A stretch of 64,000 bases of DNA from Tubulanus polymorphus. Its lineage: Eukaryota > Animalia > Nemertea. How positions within the stretch are numbered: position 1 is the first letter of the stretch; every line of letters starts with the position of its first letter. Below the pieces are notes generated by a model. That model did not search any database, was not told where the DNA came from, and was given only the letters and a program-made list of their open reading frames with translations. Below are positions 21,753-33,256 of the stretch, in pieces. The position numbers were made by a program, and so were the translations under genes. Location: positions 18,138,150-18,202,149 of the forward strand of contig NC_134026.1 in NCBI RefSeq assembly GCF_964204645.1, read 5' to 3'.

Positions 21753-23294
21753 AGCCCCATCTACACTAGCGTTCGAAAATGCCGGTATTCTCTGGATCGC
21801 TATTTATAGTAACGGTATTTTCACGAGCGCGCGTCTACATTAAAGAATTTCAGTTCGATATTTTAATTATTGGTTCGGTTCGCTATTTCCATGGTCCGAC
21901 GCTCCCAATGAGACCAAAGTATTAACATCTACCCTGTTATAACGAATTATCGTTTATAACCAACTTATTTTGGGGTCCCCATTACTTCATTATAACGAGG
22001 TTCCACTGTACTTGGACAATACATAATTTGCTTCAAGTCAAATTTTCACTGTTCTCAAGCAAAAATTAGTTGTAACCCTAGTTTAACCATTGCTAGACAA
22101 TTTCATCATATACAGTAAAACCGCATCATAATTTTTGTGCTCGGAAAAAATGCTGATAAAGAGAAGAGAAATGCGGTATAAAAAAGGACGTTATATCGAG
22201 GTTCGACAGTAATCTTCTTGATGTATAGATGGCCTACTGTCATAACAATAAGAATTCCCCTTAATAAGCATCTGAGCTTGAAGTAAGATCTGAGAGAGAT
22301 TTGTCATACAGGTAAGACGACGTGAAATCTAGACTAAGGGTTAGGGTTATGAAATGACATGACAGAGACATATATCCCGAATCCACACCCTCTACTGGAT
22401 TTGTAGGCCAATGGGATTATTGTGATGGACACGTACAAAACATGATTCTCATCAACAAAGTTGGACTGTAATGTATTTCTTTACGAGGTTTAAACTTCTT
22501 TAATTGGAAAGGGCAAGGGCAGATTCATTCTAAACTCAACGACACATACAGTGGAACTTCGATCTAACCAACCCTTTTATCATGAATTATCTGATATCAA
22601 ATATTTTGTCCCAAACGATAATATTCGGATATCTATCGGTTATAACAAATTTTAAATCTTTAGTCCCTTGTGTTCGATAGATCGAGGGTCCACTTAGTAT
22701 AATATTATACTCTTAGTTTTGTCCCATTTTAAAAATCTGATATCTACTGTCCAAAACCAGATATGAAGGCCGAATATAACTAAGTCAGATATCTGACTAG
22801 GGTCCACTGCATTTAGGTTGCTATAAATTGATTGACCGTTCCTCTTCATTGAATAAAGGGTATGTTAGATCAAGGTTCCACTATGATTATATCAGAGTTC
22901 ATTTTATGACAGATTTATGTCATGGGTCCCCATGACTTCGTTGTAACGAGGTTCCACTGTACTGTTCCATACATATATTGGACAACATAAACAATTCTGG
23001 AAGCTAATAAAATCTAAAACTAAATTCTATTTTATTCAATAGACTGACAAACGAGAACTGTGCGCTGAAACACGTGCGAATAAACACAAACGACGACGTA
23101 AAAATAGCGTTCCGCTCGAGACGACGCGTCTACACAGGCAAAATACCGCCATTCAGAATAGCGGGATTATTCGGATCGGCAAATTTGGGGGTCCAAACGG
23201 TACCGGTATTTTTGGAACCGGTAATCAAAATCCCGGGATTTTGGCTTAGTATAGACGCAACAATGCCGGTATTTTCTCTAGTGTAGATGGGGTT
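21753..23294. mobile_element. Non-autonomous DNA transposon, PIF/Harbinger-like, carrying nested pogo/Tigger-like MITE remnants
   Basis: TIR AGCCCCATCTACACTAG / CTAGTGTAGATGGGGTT; 3-bp TSD TAT; internal TACAGTGGAAC / GTTCCACTGTA ends. Confidence 0.8.
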
Positions 23295-23560
23295 TATGGT
23301 TCTGACATGGACATGTTTAAAAAGTTAGGAGGCCGTGTGTTGCGATTCGAAGATTTGTACGAGGCGGGGCATGATGTATGCATTCGTATCGATGGCGTAC
23401 AAAAAGTTGAGAAATTAACTCCTGAATTAGCACAAGATTGATGATTTTGTAGCATTTAGATCTGCAGTGAATGGTGGACACCACCAACAATGTGACAATT
23501 TCATTGATTTATCATTTAGAATTGCAGTGAATGGTGGGCAAGTGCGGGTACTTGTTTTAT

Positions 23561-23645
23561 TGGCTTATTTCTCACCATTTCGATTGCGATGCAGTGCATG
23601 GGTTACGAGAGGAGAAGTAAGGTTACGAGAGGAGAAATAAGCCAA
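23561..23645. repeat. Hairpin element copy 4
   Basis: tggcttatttctc...ggttacgagaggagaagtaa ggttacgagaggagaaataagcca. Confidence 0.8.
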
Positions 23646-23730
23646 GTTCGAACTTTTTCCAAGAGGTTAGATAACACATACTTATCTCACTCAATCACTC
23701 AGTCCAAAAAGAGTTCGTTCCGTAATCGAA

Positions 23731-24665
23731 CAACCAACCAACCAACCACTCTACCCTGTATAGGGGAAGCGGATGATGGGCGACACGGCGGTATTGTGTC
23801 CCGCGGTTGTCGGACAAGAACCGAGACTCGACATACGATGCAGCTGCAAGCACACGCAGGCACATCTCTGAGCTGAACACAAGTCGAGTGTGTGTATCGA
23901 TCGTAAGCCACCAATTTATAATTAATGTCTAAAATGCACAAGTCCAACCAACCAACCAACCAACCAACCAACCCCAAACCCTGTATAGGGAAGCGGGCGA
24001 TGGGCGACACGGCGGTAATGTGTCCCGCGGCTGTCGAACAAGAACCGAGACGAAGCATGCTGTGGCCGCTGCAAGCACATGCAGTAGCAAGAGATTTGTG
24101 CCAAGACACGGAGCTAAGGCAATGATGCAGCAGCAGCACAGTGAGCCGTATGAGTCTGACATGGCATAAAGTCAAGAATAAACATCATATATTATGGTGA
24201 ATGGAAAATGAAAAATTTTCGAACTTGGCCAAATTTTCAACATTTTCCAAAAAGTCCCCCAGAAAATCAAAAACAGTGACACTATACTATAGCTGGGGTA
24301 CCGGGGTTCTGGGGTATCTGGGGTACTTGGGGTACCAGAAATTAGTACTAATTTAAGTTCCAAAAATTCTGTTAAAATGGAACAGTCACCTGTTTTTTCT
24401 GGTACCCCAAGTACCCCAGATACCCCAGAACCCCGGTACCCCAGCTATAGTATAGTGTCACTGTTTTTGATTTTCTGGGGGACTTTTTTGAAATTTCCAA
24501 CTTCACAATTTTTCACTTTGTCCAACACTTCACCGATTCTCCGACACATTTCACCATCATCCTGACACGGCTTGCAGCTGCTATCGTGTATCTCGTCTCG
24601 GTTCTTGTCCGACAGCCGCAGGACACAATACCGCCGTGTCGCTATCTCCGCGCTTCCCTATAACA
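23731..24665. repeat. Nested repeat/palindrome block
   Basis: Perfect 93-bp inverted arms 24249-24341 and 24396-24488 with a 54-bp AT-rich spacer; GC-rich unit repeated directly (about 23731-23860 and 23945-24085) and inverted (about 24570-24665). Confidence 0.9.
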
Positions 24666-24993
24666 TGGTTAAGGGTGGTCTAGATACACAGGCACACGCA
24701 GTGGTTCTCTATGTTCGGCTGAATGACGCAGATGAAAATTTTTCATATGGGGGGGTGACCCTACCCCTGTACACCCCTTAATCGCCTCGCCATCTACACA
24801 TTCCCAAACTCCGATGAGCCTGAAACTTTGCAAAAGACATGCAGCCAACTACCTTAGTCCATTTCAATCGAGACAACGGCGTTTTTCCGCGCAGAGGGAT
24901 TTTTTCATATAGGGGTTATATATACTATACCATATACTATACCATATACTATACCAAATGTTAATAATCATTTAGACATACACACATTTCAAG

Positions 24994-25770
24994 ATGCCTG
25001 GTGCCGCGAAACAGCGAAAAACGTCTACTGTCCAGAATATTCGATCTACCCAGTCCCCCTTGTACCCACGTGAGTTAAAATTATGTGAAGCGTTATGGCT
25101 ACCCAGTGAATATTATAAATCTTATGAAAAAAGCTACGAAGAAGGTCGTGTAGATAGTTGTTTCATAGATCATGCGTATGATTACACATGGTTTATAGAG
25201 CGTGCTTTAATAATAGCTGAATGTACATTGCTGCAGGACTTTGATTACGATTTGAAACAATTTGCAACAGTGATCGATTTTCGTGATCTATACGGTAAAG
25301 ATTATGTCATGGTTGAAATGAGACGTCTTTTGGTACAATGTAACTTTACGGAACAATTCATAGACGCTATGTTGGATATTTTTAAATATATTCTAACCGA
25401 ATCACAGACGCCAAATCACATGACAGTGTTAGACTGGGTTCGGTGGTATTTGGAGGCTAGATATGAATTGTATTATCAAGAATTGGATGCGGACAACGTT
25501 GACACCACCTGTGACGATAAAGATGGACCATGGACAGAATACAAGAGCAGAACTACCCGGAGACGCGAACATCGTCAATCTCACGATACCCATAAACCCA
25601 ATGTTTGTGGAAGTTTATAAACAGAAGCTAACAAGAAAACAAATTGTCTGTATTTTGAAATGAATTTGGGTACCCCACCACCAAAAGATTTGGCTACAAT
25701 GTTAAAGTCGGGAAATTACCTGTTTCATGACACTCGTGAATCCTCAGCAATTTATACGGCACCAAATTGA
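24994..25770 (+). pseudogene. Truncated paralog of the DUF3990-like gene
   Basis: LYPRELKLCEALWLPSEYY; after frameshifts, PKDLATMLKSGNYLFH matches PKELDKLLKSRNFLFQ of the 1.3-kb copy. Confidence 0.65.
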
Positions 25771-25854
25771 TATCTCTTTTTTGAATCCAAATTTAGGTGT
25801 GGTTTTTAATGCTACCAAAGACACAATTACATCTGTTGTCCTGGATCAAATGAA

Positions 25855-26592
25855 GTGACTCATATTCCATTCGAGAAAAAATCCATAAACACTGCTTGCT
25901 GTGGAGGTGAACCATACGAAATGGACAAACAACTATGCTGCGACGGAGTCATTTTCCCAAAAGATGAAAAAAGCGTGAAAGGTGCCCAATTGTGTTGTGG
26001 GAAGAAAATGTACTACTACAAAGAACATTTCTGTTGCTCTTCTAGAAATCAACACATTCTCACAAAGGTGTACACCTCTCCTAGATTTTCTCAGTGTTGC
26101 GCAAACATGGAACATGGCATTGGCGAAATCACCAGCTCTATACCCTACGACATTCGTACCCAGAAGTGTTGCGGCAACAACTTAATCGAGTTAACTGACA
26201 ATGTTAATAAATGTTGTTACGGTGTTACGAAATACAATCCCGATACCCAAATTTGCTGCCTACATAGCTTTGGTATAGTACTCGACAAAAGACACAAGGA
26301 CCACGACACTTGTTGTCACAACCCAGTGGGGAACATTTTTGAGAAAACCTATAGAGCCAAGACTCATGTTTGTAGCGCCGGTAAAATCAAACGCAAGGAT
26401 AAAGTCCAGTACACCATGGAATACTGTGCCGATACCAAGAGATACTATCGTTTTGAAAAGAAAATCTGTTGTGGTGGACGTGTGCTCAGGCGACTTCGTA
26501 ATCCTAGCGCAACCAAATGTTGCAATGGACAGATTTATAATTTTGAAAAGTATGCTTGTTCAAATGGAATGATCTATCGTAGAAAATATTAA
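25855..26592 (+). CDS. Galaxin-like dicysteine-repeat protein, 5' end apparently missing
   Basis: Regularly spaced CC motifs (CCGGEPYEMDKQLCCDG, YDIRTQKCCGN, YNPDTQICC); GTG start and no signal peptide visible. Confidence 0.75.
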   Translation: MTHIPFEKKSINTACCGGEPYEMDKQLCCDGVIFPKDEKSVKGAQLCCGKKMYYYKEHFCCSSRNQHILTKVYTSPRFSQCCANMEHGIGEITSSIPYDIRTQKCCGNNLIELTDNVNKCCYGVTKYNPDTQICCLHSFGIVLDKRHKDHDTCCHNPVGNIFEKTYRAKTHVCSAGKIKRKDKVQYTMEYCADTKRYYRFEKKICCGGRVLRRLRNPSATKCCNGQIYNFEKYACSNGMIYRRKY

Positions 26593-27885
26593 AATGTTAA
26601 TGTTTGAATAATAAACAACATGTATTCATATAAAATGTAAAATCTTTTTATTTTTTTCAATTTAAAAATTGCAAAAATCACAAGTCCGGTCACAATACTA
26701 AAACCGATAAATAATTCAACATAGACCATGGCACTATCGTGCTTTAAATTATTACCTTTACCTCTTGTCTCCATTGAATTGTTTGGTGGTAAATGTTGTG
26801 ACACGAGTCGTGGTTGTTAGTTCAGATGTAGTAGTTGGAACTTGGGTCGTAGTGGTAGGCACAGGAGTTGTTGGAATTTCGGTGGTGGTGGTCGTTGGAG
26901 CTGCTGTAGTGGTTGTTGTGTGGCTCAGGGTAGTTGGTGCCGAGCTAGGGACAACACCGGGTACTGTTAATCTTAGGTTACTGTCCGGTGCTGACCTAAC
27001 ACCTATTGTTGAACACAAGAGGTTTATTTTCCTGATTGAACCAAATTCCGACTTCAGTGGCCGTGTCGATACAATTTTGACCACAAGTCTCCTCTGGTGT
27101 CCAAGCTACCAAATCTTTCTGTCTCCCACTATCATAATGTACCAAAGTCTAGATCTGTCTCTTCTAATGTTAGGCAGAGTACATTTTACTTTAACACCAT
27201 CGTCATTTGGGATGCTGATAAATTCAATGGCTACCGGGTATTCAATGGCAGTCACGGTTATACTCCGAGTGTGCGGTAAATATCTGTTGGTCATAGTCGT
27301 ACACGTATATTCTCTAGATTGAGATTCTATCATGGAAAATTGTGATCGCGCTTCTACACGAAAAATTTGAATGTCCCTAACGTGACCGATAGACTCAGAA
27401 GTTATCTTGGGGTATATACACCCGACTTTGTATAAACTAGCGATTTGTGATTTATGCACCGTCTGTTTGTTGGCGACGCGATTAACGATGCTATCGTTGT
27501 ACCCCCTTGACCGGCCACCATTCGAGACAAATCTATTCGATCTAGTCCCTTGTCAAGTTCAAACAATACCTCGCAACTGATTGTTAGATATTGTAACATT
27601 CGTACACGACTACCCGGATCGGCGACTATACGCACAAAGATCGGTTAGAGTGGTGGAGGAGTAGTCGTAGTAGTGGTGGTTGTGGTTGTAGTTGTTTGCT
27701 GAGCAAGAGCAGCTGCTGCGGCCCATTCAGCTTCGAGTTTTTGTTGTCTGGCTAGGGCGTCGAGTCTGGCTTTTTCTGCCATTTTTTGGCGCATGATACT
27801 AGCAGTACCGTATCCTGGTTGTGATAACCACATAATTTACAACACCAAGTACCACAAAAAAGAAAAGACAAATACGACGAAACAT
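26589..27885 (-). pseudogene. Frameshifted type I membrane/mucin-like glycoprotein
   Basis: Signal-like MFRRICLFFFVVLGVV at 27885, two Thr-rich stretches and a C-terminal TM (ELFIGFSIVTGLVIFAIF), split over five ORF pieces. Confidence 0.6.
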
Positions 27886-28553
27886 TGTGATGGGTGGGGG
27901 GTTAGGGTTACAAGTGTGAGTTAGTTTAGTCCTAAATACAACAATTTCTGTGTGAGATAAATTTTGTTACATTTTTGGTCCCTTGTTCAATTCTCCTTTT
28001 CTCCCTTTTTTGCAACAATAGCCAAAATATCAGTGCTGTTAATTTGAGATGAAATGAATAATCTCTTCAGAATTGTAGGTTTTTTCTTTCATTAAAATGA
28101 AACCGGATAATGTCAATAAAATCTTTATTTCACCAATGTTCTCATGTTTAAAATTTTAAATCTAGAACTGAATCGCGTCATCGGGCATGCAACAATTATG
28201 GTCTGAGAAAAATGATATCAGATCTTTAAGATTTATTTAGACAACGATAGCAAGAAACCACAGGTTGTATTTACAAAGAAATACACCAACTTGATCGAAT
28301 ACATGAAATCTGTGGGCATAAACGAACTGTTGTTGGATCGTGTTTCAAAACTGATCGGAAGAGAACAGACTGGCGATGATTGAGCTAGCCACATACCCAG
28401 TGTCTCAAATTGTAAAACAAAGAAACAAATAGAGAGACAATTTTATGTGTAGATACTTGTATATTTTATTTTCAAGTCGAATAAAGTCATATAAAAACAG
28501 TACAAAATGTATGAATTTATTTTTACCACCGCGATAAAATCGGCAGAACCAGA

Positions 28554-29000
28554 TTGCTACAAATAGCTCCTGGATACATGACTCTACCGATTTTCTTCAA
28601 TGGTGATCAACGAGATGATAAACCCCGCGACGTGGTAACGGTGATGTGCCCACGGTTCGATAAAACCTGCAATTACAGTTACAGACCGAGATACGACCCG
28701 GACGAATATGTGAAAGGTAGTTGGTGTAAAATTTACATCACAAGCAAACATTACAACAGACACCGGCAATCCAGATGCGTCAAGAAACCAAACGGTCCAC
28801 AATCCTATAGAAAATCGGAGTGTCCCTACGAACCTGGTGTCATGATCCAAAATAAAAATACGACAGAACACATGTTTTCCAAGTGTCCGTACAGACCTTG
28901 TGGGTACTGTGTCAAAGATCCAAAAGTCAACAGTTGGATTTATCGTTATCACTCGGATTCGTTGACGTACTCAGGAAAAATTCAAACAAAACATACATAA
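28554..29000 (+). CDS. Small Cys-rich hypothetical protein or gene fragment
   Basis: 148-aa ORF with several CP/CxxC motifs; start uncertain. Confidence 0.4.
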   Translation: MLQIAPGYMTLPIFFNGDQRDDKPRDVVTVMCPRFDKTCNYSYRPRYDPDEYVKGSWCKIYITSKHYNRHRQSRCVKKPNGPQSYRKSECPYEPGVMIQNKNTTEHMFSKCPYRPCGYCVKDPKVNSWIYRYHSDSLTYSGKIQTKHT

Positions 29001-29039
29001 ACAACCCGATCCGTATCATGGCAAGACGCATGTTTATCG

Positions 29040-29460
29040 TTAGCTGCATTCTATTAGCCTTTTGTACGGGCTGGGTTTGACTCCGTGCTGGACGTTTTGT
29101 CCAACTTTCATGAAATTCGGTTCGATAACAGCGTTATCTGGTTCGTCATCTCTGTTTTGGCACGGTGTGTTGCCCACTTCCAGGTTTAGTACTAGAGGGC
29201 AGGTAGGAAATGCTCGTTTGTGCTTTGCTGTGATTTTGAATTTTCTAACGTTTTTGGGTACCGATAAGACTCCGCCGCAGAAAGCACATTTGATGTCCTT
29301 GTTTTTTTTCGTTGTAGAAAAATCCGTTCTTGGGAATTTTTTGAACGAATCTATGCGATTCCGCTCGATCCTTAGTCTATCGGGTACGCCTGATTTAGTA
29401 GCGATGGTAGCTTTGGGATCTACGATGTGCGGCTTGCATACGGGATGTCCATCTTGCATG
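29040..29460 (-). CDS. BIR-domain (IAP-like) protein, degenerate
   Basis: RNRIDSFKKFP...DIKCAFCGGVL...KHKRAFPTCPLV follows the BIR C-C-H-C pattern; start uncertain because the ORF extends to 29621. Confidence 0.7.
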
Positions 29461-29571
29461 TATGTTAACGCATAATAAATAATCTTTGTGGGTGGAGGAG
29501 TACCGACATTAGGATGGGACGACACTCGTGTAGAGTCTGCTGCTGCGCCTTCTAGTTGGTCGTCTTGCGCG

Positions 29572-31224
29572 TCAGTGTCGGTGCTGGTGCTGATGTTGGT
29601 GCTGGTGCTGTAACTCTTCAATAGAAACTTGTCCCTCGGTCATAAATTTCCATACAATATTAGACATTCTGGCCATGTTACGATCAGAACACCGTACATC
29701 GTATGTTCTTTTCTGCATCGCGTCAGAGTGTTTCATCAAATTAGCCAAATCACGTTCGTTACTGGCACCGAGATCTGATCCTAGCATTGTTGACACCACA
29801 GATTTTCTGAGCACCGTACAACTCGTTCGACTTGCTTTGTTCGAGGACGCAGAAAGTTCACTGGAAATAATGTTGGAGACTTGACTCTGGTTCAAAGTCC
29901 GACCACTCCACGACAAGAAGACATTGAATGTTGGGTGACTGTGTCTCGTTTCTTCAAAACTTGGAATCAGAGGACGAATGTGATCGATGAATGCCTTCAG
30001 AAGTTTGAAATGATAACAATTTAACGATAGTTGGGCAGCACCGTAGAGCGACATTGTTTTATGCTGTACAACATTGACCACATGTCTGTCAAGGTAAACG
30101 TTATCCAGAGCTGCATCTACTTCACCAACTTTCAGGTTTATTATAGGTCCAGAACGTGTCGCGTTGTTGAGACTCAATAACATAATCAGATAGTTCCGGG
30201 CTCGGATGAAACAATGTCGATTTTTATGTCGATGACGTTCATCGGTATCCTTCTTGTATCTTTTTTTGTCGTTAGGACAATCGCGTAAAATCTTGTTACC
30301 AATGACTGCCCGTTTGCCTTTCAAATATAGCTTGATATGATTCGTTGTTAAAAGTGCTTGTCGATGTTTGACCTTCATTACAGCCGCCCGTTCCATGATT
30401 TTCTTCTGCAACGAGCAATTCCAAATTTGGATTTGTTTAACGATCCGTTCAACTGTTTTTGATGTAATCCAGTCTTTATCGAGAAGTTTTCCGTACTCCA
30501 CAAACTTTTTGAAATCAAGTAAGTAGTTTTTAACCGTACTGGCTGTTTTTGTTTTGAGAGATGGAGAAATGAATTTGTTTTCGATCTCTTGTAATTTTAC
30601 AGTGACGAGGTTAGCACTGAAATCATGACCGTAGATATCAATAATTTTTTGAACATGTTTTACGGCCTGCAAGGCCTGACGTTCGTTTTTCTCACCGCCC
30701 CCAAACGTCTGTAGCCATCGTCCAAAAGTTGTAATCTCGTTGGCAAATTGATGATTATTAACGCTATCAGATTGTACGCTCGCACTTGCGCATGCATCAG
30801 ATGAACCACTATCTACGCTGCTTTTAACGTTGGTTATCTGTGATTTGCAGTGCTGCTGAGTAGATTGCTTACTACACAACGACGATGATCCAAAGGCAGA
30901 TTTTTCGCATTTAGCCAAGTTCATGTAGTGACGGTAAATTGGATCTGATCGCTTGAATTTATGTTTGTTGCCGAGATGCTTATCAATACGTTTAACAGCG
31001 CTGAAACAATCTTCAACCGGACACTGGTGTAGAGTTTGATTACTATTGATTTTTCGTTGGTTTTGTGCTTTTTGTTGCTGCGTAAACTTGAGTGATGCGC
31101 GGCGATCGAACTTATGAAATTCTCTCAAATGACGTGGTAGATTTGTGGTATTCTTTTCACACAATGAACATGGATATCGATAGACCACCCGATGCTTATT
31201 TTCTGTGTGTTCGGAGGTTTCCAT
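29572..31224 (-). CDS. Tyrosine recombinase with two N-terminal C2H2-type zinc fingers (YR1, intronless)
   Basis: CSLC..LPRHLREFH and CPVEDC..IDKHLGNKH; catalytic-type NATRSG, HKT, CTVLRKS, LMKHS, RTYD. Confidence 0.9.
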   Translation of the reverse strand: METSEHTENKHRVVYRYPCSLCEKNTTNLPRHLREFHKFDRRASLKFTQQQKAQNQRKINSNQTLHQCPVEDCFSAVKRIDKHLGNKHKFKRSDPIYRHYMNLAKCEKSAFGSSSLCSKQSTQQHCKSQITNVKSSVDSGSSDACASASVQSDSVNNHQFANEITTFGRWLQTFGGGEKNERQALQAVKHVQKIIDIYGHDFSANLVTVKLQEIENKFISPSLKTKTASTVKNYLLDFKKFVEYGKLLDKDWITSKTVERIVKQIQIWNCSLQKKIMERAAVMKVKHRQALLTTNHIKLYLKGKRAVIGNKILRDCPNDKKRYKKDTDERHRHKNRHCFIRARNYLIMLLSLNNATRSGPIINLKVGEVDAALDNVYLDRHVVNVVQHKTMSLYGAAQLSLNCYHFKLLKAFIDHIRPLIPSFEETRHSHPTFNVFLSWSGRTLNQSQVSNIISSELSASSNKASRTSCTVLRKSVVSTMLGSDLGASNERDLANLMKHSDAMQKRTYDVRCSDRNMARMSNIVWKFMTEGQVSIEELQHQHQHQHQHRH

Positions 31225-31528
31225 TATTATACTAGCTTTTTGCCTGGATAATATTTATTCTCAGTCGCTCAGTCGTTCGTATCGTAATCGCATAATATGG
31301 CTTCCCTTTACAGCAGCCAAATATTATAAAAATACAGAAGTTCGTTCGTTTGTTCGTTTGTCTATCAGTGGGGTATGGCTGCAGCCAGCAGTGCCGCCGC
31401 ACAAATCACAGCTGTTAGCAAAGACATGTTGCTTTGTATCGTGTATACAGTAAAAGGGGTAATAACTCCTGTATATATGGTAGAAGTATAATTTCGACCT
31501 GTCTAATGAGATTTTATATCTCCTGGTT

Positions 31529-32018
31529 CTATTGTCGGCTGTGTCTGTACTGCCTAAGTCCAAAAAACACTAAAGTCGTTGTGACGATCAGAGTAAATAT
31601 TCCACCAAACACGGAACCTAAAATAATAGCTACTCGCCTCTTGTCAGTCTTCAATGATTGTAGTTGTCTTTCTTGGTCGGCGTGGTGTTTAATGGTATTT
31701 TTTAACACCCTCTGCAGCTCGACTAGATTTCTATGCACACTAATAATTTCCAACGAATTGTACAAGTGTAAATTTATCTTGTACAACTTTCCGTCTATCC
31801 GGTGTCGATTGTTTTGTAAAAAGGGGTAATGTAACACTGGCATAGATATCGGTGCCTAACAACATTTTATAGTCTCCTGTAGCTACATCGACACGCGATA
31901 CACCGCCAATGGTACCCCATGTGTTTGACGATTTCTGTCCGAATATCTTCAACAGTTCTTGTTCATTGTCCCTGTTTTTCCGCATTTTTGGAATAGGTAG
32001 ATGGGTATAAAAACGATC
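31529..32018 (-). pseudogene. Terminal exon of a membrane protein, frameshifted
   Basis: Minus-strand acceptor TTCTTTGCAG near 32019; one frameshift; TM segment VAIILGSVFGGIFTLIVTTTLVFFGL. Confidence 0.5.
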
Positions 32019-32142
32019 CTGCAAAGAAGATTGTCAAAAACAGATACATTTTCACATAGATTCTTGTGTGTGTGTGTGTGTGTATGTGTCCGAATTTTGT
32101 ACCAATCGATTTATGAACTTAATGTTTTTTTCTATTTTGCAG

Positions 32143-32241
32143 GCTGGTCGTGGAGATTCGGCGACAAAGTTCATGTGGGACGAAGCTTCTTTCGTGTCAA
32201 ACACAGATGAACACACGGCTGTCATATTGGGATTCCTGCAA
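32143..32241 (+). CDS. Terminase ATPase subunit exon (Walker B region), herpesvirus-like; rest of gene not visible
   Basis: Acceptor TTTTTTCTATTTTGCAG then AGRGDSATKFMWDEASFVSNTDEHTAVILGFLQ, resembling the UL15-type RG..DEAxF..ILGFL pattern. Confidence 0.65.
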
Positions 32242-32293
32242 GTGAAGTTATGGCGACTTTTTATATATTAGACAAATGAATCAGTTCATCGTA

Positions 32294-32571
32294 GACCAAC
32301 AGGCTACGATGGTTTGGTCATGTAGAACGAAGTACTGGCTGGACGTCGAGGGTGCGACAAGTAGAGGTGATTCCAGCAAAGAAGAAACCTGACAGACCCA
32401 AGAAAACATGGGAGCAGGGGGTTAGGTAAGACAGGATGTCACTCGGATTGACACCAAACGACCCACACGACCGCTCTAAATGGAGAGGACGACTTCGCTC
32501 AGTCAGACAGGCCCCACCCTCTGGAGAGGATTAATCCAGGCCTGTATAAAATAAACCAGGATGATGATGAT
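32294..32571 (+). mobile_element. 3' fragment of an RTE-clade LINE
   Basis: Encodes RLRWFGHVER...RPKKTW...DRSKWR and ends in a (GAT)n tail. Confidence 0.8.
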
Positions 32572-33120
32572 CGCTCATTATGATATCCGGTCCAGTCCAT
32601 CGCAGCCATCATTGCACACGATCACATAACTCTGTAACCTTTTGTCATATCGTCTTGATTATTATTCCAATCGATTTCTGAGGAAATTTTCCTACTAGAC
32701 ACCATTTTCATTTACATCTATACAATATAATCGCCCAAAAAAGTTAGACAACAAGCTACTCCAGGCACGGCAACCAAAACCAACAAACTGGTTGCCGTGC
32801 CTGGAGTAAAATCGTAACAAAAATGGCCGCCATCTAAAGGAAAATGCATTGGACTCTTCTTCTTCTCTTCTTTCTTCTTTACCTATCGTGTGGCAACCTC
32901 GTAGACGAGGAATATCCCACATGGGGTGTAAGATGCATGAACAAGAAAAAGCTGCATGAGCTAGAAAAATATTGAATAAATAATATATTTACATTTATAA
33001 ATTAAAAATGCGTTGTTTTGTCTGACATTGGCACCATCGTACACATCGTACGCATGGAACCGCCATCGTACACTTTGTACGCATGGTTTGTGGGACTGTT
33101 GTTTCTTAGGGTTCATATCG

Positions 33121-33256
33121 ATTAAGGGCAGATTTGAAGCCCTCTATCGAATCTTGTTGGATGACCCAGTCAGGAAGGGTGTTCCAAATGCGGACTGCTT
33201 GGGGAAGGAATGAATATTTGAGGGTGTCTGTCCTGCAGTATGGAACCATGTACCTG
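33121..33256 (-). mobile_element. 3' fragment of a CR1/L2-like LINE
   Basis: Minus strand encodes PYCRTDTLKYSFLPQAVRIWNTLP..SIEGFKSAL. Confidence 0.75.

Larger units (their letters stand above)
20951..23441 (+). pseudogene. Deoxynucleoside/thymidine kinase-like gene, disrupted
   Basis: P-loop ILGGSPGAGKTS in the ORF starting at 20951; lid-like ERMLSRGQADELK then (frameshift) FEREYMHYLH at about 21659-21732; frame resumes (GSDMDMF...QD*) after removing 21753-23297. Confidence 0.65.
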
